NCBI GenBank assembly: GCA_046351515.1 | Contig: JAXLYJ010000005.1 | Location: forward strand, 242,892-306,891 | Source: Polyangiales bacterium | Lineage (GTDB): Bacteria; Myxococcota_A; Polyangia; Polyangiales; Ga0077539 | Length of the DNA stretch: 64,000 nucleotides | Direction: 5' to 3' | In this document: in pieces, positions 9,134 to 17,500 of the stretch | Position numbering within the stretch: the stretch's first letter is position 1 | Layout of the letters: every line of letters starts with the position of its first letter | Translations under genes and position numbers: made by a program | The notes under the pieces: generated by a model | Seen by the model: only the letters and a program-made list of their open reading frames with translations | The model's database searches: none | Told to the model about the DNA's origin: nothing

Positions 9134-10137
9134 CGTGTCGAAGGCTCCGACGAGTTCGCGGGCAGTTGCGCGGGCGGCGGAGCGAGCTCGCGAAACACGT
9201 ACGTCACCACGCCCACATCCGGGTCGAGTTCGACGTCGACGTAGTGGGAGCGCGCCATGGATTGCAGCGCTTTCTCGGCTTCATCCAAGGTGAGCCCGAG
9301 ACCTTGAGCGGTCGAGGTGACCGTCAAGCGGCCCTTCTTCTGCGTCGCGAGGTCGAGCAAGCGCACCTGCAGTTCGGGGTCGAGGTCGACCTTTCCTCGC
9401 GCGCGTTTTCGCTGGCGAAGGAGCCAGATTCCCAGCCCGCCAGTCACGCCGGAGGCGACCGCGGCGGACGCGAGCACCGCGCCGACAGGCACCACAAAGA
9501 ACGTCACGGTCGCGAGCGCCGTCGCGAGGATCAAGCCGCTCGTCGCCACCGAGAGCGCGCCGACCGATCCAGCGTCGCCCGCGTATCGATCGCGCGCGCT
9601 CGCGCCGTCCGGATCGCGCAGCGCGAGTGACGAATCACCGCTCGGCGCTCCGCCCGGCCCGAGCTGCGGCGCGTTGGGGTGAGTCCATCCGGGCGCATAG
9701 GGAGCGGGCGCCGCGCCCACCGGCAGCACCTGTGCGGGCATCGCTGGCATCGGCTGCGGCGCGGGATAGCCTGGGTATGCGGCCATCGGGTGAGGCGCGG
9801 GCATCATGGGCATCGCGGGCATCGGCGCGGTCGTCACCGTCACGGTGACCGTCGGCTGTGGTGCCGGCATCGCTGGGACGTATCCCATGGGCGGCTGTGG
9901 CGCGTATCCATACGGGACCGCTCCCGATGGCATCACAGGAGCTCCCGCAGGATAGGCCGCCGGTGGATAGATGGCACCCGCGGGCGCTGGTGGAGCTGGC
10001 ACCAACGTTCCGTCAGGGGCGAGCATGTAGCCGGGCGGGATGGCTCCCGGACCCCAATGCGTCATTCGCGAAAGAACCTCGTGTTCGATTCTAGACTCGC
10101 CCACCGCCGAGGGCCACTCCGATGAACCTTCGCTCAC
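9130..10137 (-). CDS. Pro-rich single-pass membrane protein with conserved C-terminal cytoplasmic domain; start uncertain
   Basis: PxxP/PAPY repeats, one TM segment (LILATALATVTFFVVPVGAVLASAAV), RKRARGK stop-transfer, then a structured C-terminal domain. It overlaps the next gene by ATGA, indicating an operon. Confidence 0.45.
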   Translation of the reverse strand: MSEGSSEWPSAVGESRIEHEVLSRMTHWGPGAIPPGYMLAPDGTLVPAPPAPAGAIYPPAAYPAGAPVMPSGAVPYGYAPQPPMGYVPAMPAPQPTVTVTVTTAPMPAMPMMPAPHPMAAYPGYPAPQPMPAMPAQVLPVGAAPAPYAPGWTHPNAPQLGPGGAPSGDSSLALRDPDGASARDRYAGDAGSVGALSVATSGLILATALATVTFFVVPVGAVLASAAVASGVTGGLGIWLLRQRKRARGKVDLDPELQVRLLDLATQKKGRLTVTSTAQGLGLTLDEAEKALQSMARSHYVDVELDPDVGVVTYVFRELAPPPAQLPANSSEPSTR

Positions 10138-12227
10138 AGACCGAGCTCATCTCCGCGTTTCTCGCGCTGTCGATCGTCGCGGGGGTGCTCTTGCGCGAGC
10201 GCAAGCGCCGCCTGCACTGGCTGTTCGCCGCGTTTGGCGGGACCGTCGGAATCTGGTTCGCAGCGCAATTTCTCCGCACGAGATTCCCCTCGACGACGCT
10301 CTGGTCGCACGTCGCGTCGGTCTCGCTGGTGATCCTGCCGCAGTTCGGAGTGCGCTCGCTTCGCGCGTTCTTGAGCGAGTCCGCGCTCAAACCGAGCCGG
10401 CTTCTGGCGTGGGCGACGGGGCTGGGCGTCCCGCTGCTGGTGCTCGCGATCAGCCCGTGGCACGCGCACACCGCGGCGCGCGCGGCGCTCTCGATCTACG
10501 TCGTCGGCTTGTTTGCTGCGCTCGCGTGGGAGTTCTTCGAGAAGGCCCGCGGGGCGCCCTCGCGCGTCGAGCGCGCGCGGGCCGGATATCTCGCGGGCGT
10601 CTCTGCAGCGACGACGGTCGTGTTCTTCACGGACCTGCTCCCGTTCTCGGGCGTCGACGTCGGGCCCGTGGGAACGACGCTCGTGCTGATCGTGCTGTTC
10701 ATGCTCTCGCAGGTGATGGAGCGCTCGCGGCTCGTCGACCTCTACGAGCTCACATCCCGCCTCGTCGTGCTCACCGCGTTGGCCTTCGTGCTCGCGGGGG
10801 TCTACTACCTCCTGGTCGACTGGGCCCGCGGCCAGGCGCCGTACGTGCTCAACGCCATCGTCGCTTCGCTGGTGATCCTGATTCCGCTCGATCCGCTGCG
10901 GGCAAAAACCGAGGCGCAGGTGGCGCGGTTCTTCTTTCGCGAGCGCTTCGACCTCGAGTCTGCGGTCGACGCGCTCAACTCGAAGCTCGCGCACGTGCTC
11001 GAGCTCGACGAGCTCGGTCGCGAGCTGATCGACGGCCTCGCCTCGTCGCGGCGCGTGACGCACGCGGCGCTCTACTTCGCCGACGCTGAGCGCAAGGGGT
11101 TCGATCGATTCGTGCACCTCGGCGCTGAGCCTCCCGAGCGAATGGAGTGGGCTGCGCTGCGGCCAATGCTCGATCGCCTCTCGCGCGACGGCGCCGTGGT
11201 GGCCGAGCAGCTCGAGCGCGACGCGAGCGACGCGCGTGAGCGCGGAGACATCCGAGAAGCGACCGAGCTCACCGAGATCTCTGCGCACGTGCGCAAGCAC
11301 CTGGCGACGGTGGCGATCGCCGTGCGCGACGCGCAGAGCCAGCTCGTCGGCGTCCTCGTGCTCGGCGACGATCGCATCGCCGAGCCGTTCAGCGCGGAAG
11401 AGGTGCAGGTCCTTCGGACGATCGGCGCGCAGATCGCCGTCGTGCTCGAGAACACGCAGGGACACTTGCGGATCAAAGAGCGCGATCGACTCGCGGCGAT
11501 GGGCGAGATGGCCGCCGGGCTCGCGCACGAGATCCGCAATCCGCTCGGCAGCATCAAGGCCGCGGTGCAGCTGATGCAACCGCAGGCGACGAAGGGCACG
11601 ATCGAGGACGAGTACCTGAGCATCATCGCCGAAGAGGTGGATCGACTCGACCGCGTCGTGCGTAACTTTCTCGACTATGCGCGGCCCGGAAAGGGCGCGT
11701 CCGAGCTGGTCGATCCGCGCGAGGCTGTGCAGCGCACGCTGCAGATCATGCAGAGCGATTTGCCGTCGACCGTGAAGGTGCACTTCGATGCGGAGCAGGA
11801 TGTTCCGCCGGTGCGAATGGACCCGGCGCACTTGCGGCAGGTGGTCATGAACCTCGTGCGCAACGCAGTCGAGGCGATGGACTCGAAGGGAAACATCACC
11901 GTGGTCGTGCAGCGAAAGGCGAGCGGTCCGCTGATGGCAGAGATCGTCGTGCGCGACTCGGGGCCCGGGATCGACGCGAAGCTCGTCCCCAAATTGTTCA
12001 CTCCGTTCGTGACGACCAAGGCGCAGGGGACGGGGCTCGGCCTCGCGATCTCGCAGCGGCTCGTGTCCGGCGCGGGCGGCCGCATCGAGCTGCGCACGCA
12101 GAGCGGCCGCGGAACGACCTTCGTCATCGCGATCCCCGCCGCCGTCGAAGGCGCGCGCGAGAGCGCCCGGCCCAGCATCGGCCCGCCCAAATCGAGCGCG
12201 ACGGACAACACCGCTTCGACGGGCTGA
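10122..12227 (+). CDS. Membrane sensor histidine kinase (multi-TM sensor, GAF-like region, HisKA, HATPase_c)
   Basis: About 6 N-terminal TM helices, H-box MGEMAAGLAHEIRNPL, N/G boxes (NLVRNAVEAM, DSGPGI, GTGLGLAI). ATG at 10122 with a purine-rich RBS. Confidence 0.8.
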   Translation: MNLRSQTELISAFLALSIVAGVLLRERKRRLHWLFAAFGGTVGIWFAAQFLRTRFPSTTLWSHVASVSLVILPQFGVRSLRAFLSESALKPSRLLAWATGLGVPLLVLAISPWHAHTAARAALSIYVVGLFAALAWEFFEKARGAPSRVERARAGYLAGVSAATTVVFFTDLLPFSGVDVGPVGTTLVLIVLFMLSQVMERSRLVDLYELTSRLVVLTALAFVLAGVYYLLVDWARGQAPYVLNAIVASLVILIPLDPLRAKTEAQVARFFFRERFDLESAVDALNSKLAHVLELDELGRELIDGLASSRRVTHAALYFADAERKGFDRFVHLGAEPPERMEWAALRPMLDRLSRDGAVVAEQLERDASDARERGDIREATELTEISAHVRKHLATVAIAVRDAQSQLVGVLVLGDDRIAEPFSAEEVQVLRTIGAQIAVVLENTQGHLRIKERDRLAAMGEMAAGLAHEIRNPLGSIKAAVQLMQPQATKGTIEDEYLSIIAEEVDRLDRVVRNFLDYARPGKGASELVDPREAVQRTLQIMQSDLPSTVKVHFDAEQDVPPVRMDPAHLRQVVMNLVRNAVEAMDSKGNITVVVQRKASGPLMAEIVVRDSGPGIDAKLVPKLFTPFVTTKAQGTGLGLAISQRLVSGAGGRIELRTQSGRGTTFVIAIPAAVEGARESARPSIGPPKSSATDNTASTG

Positions 12228-12372
12228 TCATCGCAACGCATTTTCTCTGGAAATGAACGGTGATTTCAGTACCGTCCCGCGCTTCTCACCGGGCGAACTC
12301 GCGCTGCCGCGGCCGTCAGGTCGCGCGCGAGGCGTCTGCACTACCGCGTTCATCACCGGAGCACACACAATC

Positions 12373-12930
12373 ATGATCTCGCTGAAAAACCTCGCCTCGC
12401 TCTCTCTCGTGTTCGTCCTCGGCGCCTGTGGAACGCCGAGCCCGAGCGGCGACGCAGGCTCCGACGCTGCGCGCGGCGACGCGGCGACGAGCAACCCCGA
12501 CTCGAGCACGACCAACCGTGACGCGAGCTCGGGCAGCGACGGCGCGATGAGCAGCGATCGTTGCGCGACGGACATGGCGAGCGCCTCGAGCACCGTCGGC
12601 TGCAACGGCGGCTTCAGGAACGGCACGCCCGCGATGAACACCCCTGGCGGAACGTGCACGGGCGGCGGCATGGCGATGCCCCAGGGCTCGTGCGGCGCCA
12701 ACATGGAGTGCAGCGCGGACATGGGCATGATGGGATTCTGCTTCCAGAACTGCATGCCCGGCGCGACGTACGTCTCGACCGGCGGCTGCCCGACGGGCTC
12801 GCGCTGCTTCGACCTCGGCGGTCCGGGCGCGTGCTTCATCGACTGCGACGCGATGCACCCGTGCCCGAACGGACTGATGTGCGACAACGAAGGCTCCTGC
12901 GTTCCGCCGCAGGCGATGAAGGCGCGCTGA
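12373..12930 (+). CDS. Cys-rich secreted lipoprotein
   Basis: MISLKNLASLSLVFVLGAC lipobox, then a Ser/Asp-rich linker and a ~100-aa domain with 16 or more Cys and Met/Gly-rich runs. ATG at 12373. Confidence 0.5.
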   Translation: MISLKNLASLSLVFVLGACGTPSPSGDAGSDAARGDAATSNPDSSTTNRDASSGSDGAMSSDRCATDMASASSTVGCNGGFRNGTPAMNTPGGTCTGGGMAMPQGSCGANMECSADMGMMGFCFQNCMPGATYVSTGGCPTGSRCFDLGGPGACFIDCDAMHPCPNGLMCDNEGSCVPPQAMKAR

Positions 12931-12934
12931 AGCG

Positions 12935-13516
12935 CTAGCCGCGCTTCTTGCCGGACTTGGGCGCGGGGGGATTGCTCTTTTCGATCGCGGCTTCGATCCC
13001 GTCGCGCAGGGCGAGCTCGACGAGCGACGCAGCGCGGTCGATCACCGACGACAGCTCGGCTTGCTCTTCTTTGCTGAACGGAGAGAGCACGTACGAGTCC
13101 ACCGCGCCGATCGTGGGCCGGCCGATCCCGACGCGGATCCGCGCGAACTCGGGACCGAGCTTCGCGGTGATGTCCCGCAGTCCGTTGTGCCCTGCGTGAC
13201 CGCCGCCGAACTTCGCGCGCACCTGCCCGAACGGAAGCTCGAGTTCGTCGTGAACGACGATGATCTTCGCCGGCGTGAAGCGAAGGTCCGTGGAGGCCTT
13301 CTGCACCGACGTTCCCGAGAGGTTCATAAACGACTGCGGCAGCAGCAACGTCACGGGTTGCCCTGCGAGGACGCCCTTCGCGGTCAGCGAGCTGTACTTC
13401 TCGCGCCACTCCGACGCTCCTGCGAGCGAGTGCAGCCGCTCGAGCACCATGAAGCCGACGTTATGGCGGTGCGAGCGATACGAGGGACCGGGATTTCCGA
13501 GGCCGACGAGCAACAT
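12935..13516 (-). CDS. pth: Peptidyl-tRNA hydrolase
   Basis: MLLVGLGNPGPSYRSHRHNVGFMV…GGHAGHNGLRDI is the canonical Pth family, with full-length collinearity. Confidence 0.9.
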   Translation of the reverse strand: MLLVGLGNPGPSYRSHRHNVGFMVLERLHSLAGASEWREKYSSLTAKGVLAGQPVTLLLPQSFMNLSGTSVQKASTDLRFTPAKIIVVHDELELPFGQVRAKFGGGHAGHNGLRDITAKLGPEFARIRVGIGRPTIGAVDSYVLSPFSKEEQAELSSVIDRAASLVELALRDGIEAAIEKSNPPAPKSGKKRG

Positions 13517-13672
13517 CGGCGGCGGTCATGCACGCGCCTCGCGCGCAGCGCAACTGCGCAGCGAGGTTTCGTGGGTCTTGCGGGCGCGAGCCTGGTCCCC
13601 GTTGGTTTCGGGAGGCATCGCGCGAGTGATCGAAGAACAACCAGTGACGCTGCGGCGAAGCGCCGCGCGCGC

Positions 13673-14359
13673 TCACTTCTTCTTGCCGGCGGGCGCGGCG
13701 GCCTTGGCGTCCTTGGCGGGCGCGGCGGCCTTGGCGTCCTTGCCAGCGGCTGCAGGCGCTGCAGCAGCGGCGCCAGCGGCGGGAGCGGCCTCGCCGCGGT
13801 CCTTCTCGGGCGCAACAACCGAGACGATCGTCTGGTTGGCGTCGAGCATCACGCGCACGCCGTCCGCGAGGACGAGCGCCTTGACGGGGACCGACTGGTG
13901 CAGCTCGACGTTGGTGATGTCGACTTCGAGCTTCGCCGGGATCTTGTCCGGCGTGCAACGCACCGGGAGCTTGCGGAAGATCTGCTGCAGGATTCCACCG
14001 AGCGCGACGCCCTTGGACTTGCCCGTGAGGACCAGCGGAACTTCGACTTCGACGGCGCGGTCGAGCGTCACCGTGTAGAGGTCAGCGTGAAGCAGGTCAC
14101 GCGAGACGGGGTGGTACTCGAAGTTCTTCACCATCGCGAGCTGCGTGGCGCCGTCGATCGAGAGGGTGAACACGGTGTTGCGGCCCATCGGCTGCGACAG
14201 GACGGTCTTGACGTCCTTCGGGTTGATCGCGATCGCCTGCGCGCTCTTGCCCGGACCGTAGACGATCGCGGGGAGCTTGCTGGCGGCGCGGAGGCGACGG
14301 GCAGGGCCCTTTCCGGAGGAGGGGCGCTTCTGGGCTTCGACGGTGATGGTGGTCTGCAT
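13673..14359 (-). CDS. rplY: 50S ribosomal protein L25 / general stress protein Ctc with Ala/Lys-rich C-terminal tail
   Basis: MQTTITVEAQKR…AIVYGPGKSAQAIAIN… matches the L25/Ctc N-domain and beta-barrel. ATG at 14357-14359 (complement) with a GGGGGAG RBS. The conserved rplY-pth arrangement is present. Confidence 0.85.
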   Translation of the reverse strand: MQTTITVEAQKRPSSGKGPARRLRAASKLPAIVYGPGKSAQAIAINPKDVKTVLSQPMGRNTVFTLSIDGATQLAMVKNFEYHPVSRDLLHADLYTVTLDRAVEVEVPLVLTGKSKGVALGGILQQIFRKLPVRCTPDKIPAKLEVDITNVELHQSVPVKALVLADGVRVMLDANQTIVSVVAPEKDRGEAAPAAGAAAAAPAAAGKDAKAAAPAKDAKAAAPAGKKK

Positions 14360-14523
14360 GGTGGTTCTCCCCCATCCGTTCGAGCAGCGAAATCCCTGGT
14401 CATTCAACGTCGCGACCGTTCGCGAGCGCCGCCGGGATCTCTGAGTCAATCGACTGCTTCGCGGCCGTGGGAGGGGGCGGGGGTGTATCTCGCTTGGTTT
14501 CTGCGGTCAACCCGCGTTCGCCG

Positions 14524-17500
14524 TCACGGCACGCCCATCGCACGCTTCACGAGCCCCTCGACGATCCGCCCGAACTTTCGCACGACCAGGTCCGTGTCGG
14601 GCCCATCGCACTCGACGTAGTGCGGAAACAGCACCTCAGGCAACGGCTGCACTGCGATCTGCGCGCAGCACATCTTGTGTCGACGCGTGAGCTCTTGCGC
14701 GAGGTGCTTGAGCGAGGCGGCCGAGCACTCTGTGGGAAGCCCGTCGGAGATCATCACCAGCAATTTCGCCCGTCGACGCGACGCCCGCGCGGCGTTGGCC
14801 GCGTGCCAAAGCGCGCCCGAGTCGTTGTTTCCACCGCCCGCGTCGAGCGCGTGCACCGCAGGGCAACGAGCGTCGCCCGCGTCGTAGATCACGCGATCGG
14901 TGAAGCCGAAGATCCGCACATCGACGCTCGGCATCCCGCGCGCAGCCTCGGCGATCAGCGCGCCGAACAGCCGTGCGCGAGGCATGTTCTCGCCGCTCGA
15001 CATCGAGCCCGAGCAGTCGATCACCACGCCGATGAACAAGTCTGTCTGCACTTGGATCTCGCGCGCGATCAGCACCCGAGGGTCGCCTCGCGTGACGAGC
15101 GCGCGCGTTCGAGGCGCGTCGACGCGGCGCCCGCGCAGCCGCAGTCGCTCGGGCTTGAGGTGCAGGCCGAGCCGCTCGAGATAGCGCCGCAACGTCGCGG
15201 CTGAGCGCCGCACGCGGTTGGCGAGCGCGTGGTGCTTGCTCGCCTCGTAGCGCACGCGAACGACCTCGTGGATCAGGTCGAAGTCCGTTCCGTCGGTGAC
15301 GTTGATCCAACGTTTGCCGCCCGGACGTCCCGCGGACATCCCGTCGTCTTCGCTCTTGCGCGGGTTGACGATGCGGTCGACCTCGCGACGGATCTCTTCG
15401 TCCGAGATTCCCTCCGCTGCGCGATCGGCGTCGCCGGGCTCTCCTTGCCCCACGTCTTCGTGCGTCGCGCACACGCCGAGCAGCCGGCACTCGTCGCCGA
15501 AGATCGCGCGCACCTTGCGGGCGATCTCGAGCAGCTCGCGCATGGTGCTCTTGCGAAACGACGCCCCCGAGAACAGCTCGAGCGCGCGCGAGACCTTCTC
15601 GTCGTTGTGGCGATCGCCCAGGCCCATGCGAAGCGCGCGCACCCAGCGCGCGAAGCTCGAGCCCGATTTCTCGAGCGCTTGCAGCAGACGGCCGTGCTCG
15701 ACCACGACCGACTCTGCGTCGAGCGCGAAGCGCACGGTCGCGCTCGAGAGCACCTCGAGCATCGACCCTCGCAGCACTTCGAAGAGCGTCGTGATCGCGA
15801 TGGGGCGATCCATGTGCTGAAACGCGTACGCGGTGAGCTTCTTGAGTCGGTCGCCGTACTCCGCGTCGAGCGCGCGGAGGTTGCGCTCGAGGTGCTCGTC
15901 CGCGACGAGGTTGAGCAGCGGCCCGATGCCCTCGCGCGCGCCCTCGTCCCACGCCTCTCGCTGCTCGACGCCCCGGTGATACCGGTGGTGTCCAAACTCG
16001 TGCAGGATCAGCCCCTCGACGACGGCGCGGCCGAATTTCTCTCCGCGCAGCATGGGCAGCGCGCTCACGAAGATCCGGTCCTCGTCGAGCCGCGTGTACC
16101 CGAGCGCTTGATCGCGAGCGAGCTGCAGGCTCATCACGCGGCCCGTGAGCCCGATGCCGATCTGCGCTCCCCACGCGAACGTGCGGGCGATCGCGCGCAG
16201 CTTCAGCGCGCGCGCCGTGCGATAGAGCCGCGTTCGATTGAGCTCGTTGATCGCCGCCTGTCGCGTCTCGTTGTGCGCCGCTCCCTGAAGCAGCTCGGAC
16301 CACGCGTGAGCCGCGATCGCTGGATGGAGCGACGGCGTTCGCAGCAGCCCGATCACGACGGTCTCGTCGACCACCGACGGCCCTGCGGCGATCGCTGCGT
16401 CAACCAGGGCGAGAACGTGATCGATGCTCGCGGTGTCGAGCCAGTCCGCGGCGTTGTCCGTGATCGCCTGCTGCGCGAGCACCACGAAGCCCGTGTCGAT
16501 TCCGCGAGCCCAGAGCCAGCGCGCGACGCGTCGGCGGAGGCTCTCGGCGCTGGCGGCGATGCGCAGCAGCGAGTCTTCGACGGTGCGCGTGAGCGTCGCC
16601 CACGCAGACTCGCGCGCGAGCGAGGTGCCCGCGAAGTCCGCGTGGCTCACGACGTAATCGAGCGTCCACTGCGCGGTGGCTTCGCACGTCGCCCCGAGCA
16701 GCGCGAGGCTCGCCTCGAGCTCCCGCCCGCGAAGCGCGCCGAGCAGCGAGGCGAGCGTCGTCTGCTGCGGTGTCGAAGCGTCGGTGCGCGCCCGCTCGAG
16801 CGCCCGATCAACGGCATCGAGCTCGCCAGCGCCCGCGCGCGCGAGCTCGATGAGCACCGCGACGTCGACCGACAGTCGGCCGAGCGCTTCGTCGAGCGCC
16901 TCGCGCAGCGCGCCCGTCCACGACGCGCACAGACGAATGATCGTCGCGCGCGCAGGGGAGGGAGGCTCCATCGCCAGCGCGTGCACGAGCAACGAGCGCT
17001 GCTCGACCGTGCCGGCATCGAGCAGCCGCGCGGCGTCTTCGGCCGTCGCCTGCACACGCAGCGCCTTGACGCTCTCGCGCGTCGCCTTGGCCTCGGCGGA
17101 CAGCTCGACTCGCTTGACGACGCGGGCGTCGAGCCACGGACCGAGTGACGCTGCGCGCGCTGGCGGAAGCTGCGCTCGAACGGCGATCGCCGCAGGTTTG
17201 ACCGCGTCGACGAGCGATCGGCTCTTGTCCGAGCGGCTCAACGCGACGAGCAGCCGCGCGGCGGCGTCGCGCACGAGCGGCAGGTCGTCGCCGGTCATCT
17301 CGTCGACGGCGAGGTCGACGACCGGCTTCCACTCGCTCGGGTCGAACGCGCGATCGTTCGGTCGAGTCGTGCTGATCTCGACCTCGCGCGTCGCCGCGGC
17401 CCACGCGCGCGCCGCGAGCTCTTCTGGCCACGCATCGAGGGTCGAGAGCATCTGCGCGATCGAGCCGTTTCTGCGCGCCGCGTCGACGAAGGCGAACGCG

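Noticed and set aside
14636-17148. Alternative long ORFs (14636-16303 minus; 15229-17148 plus) within the giant gene
   Set aside because: Arg/Ala-rich low-complexity translations; only the 14524-19941 frame carries recognisable HEAT/HExxH/vWA motifs.
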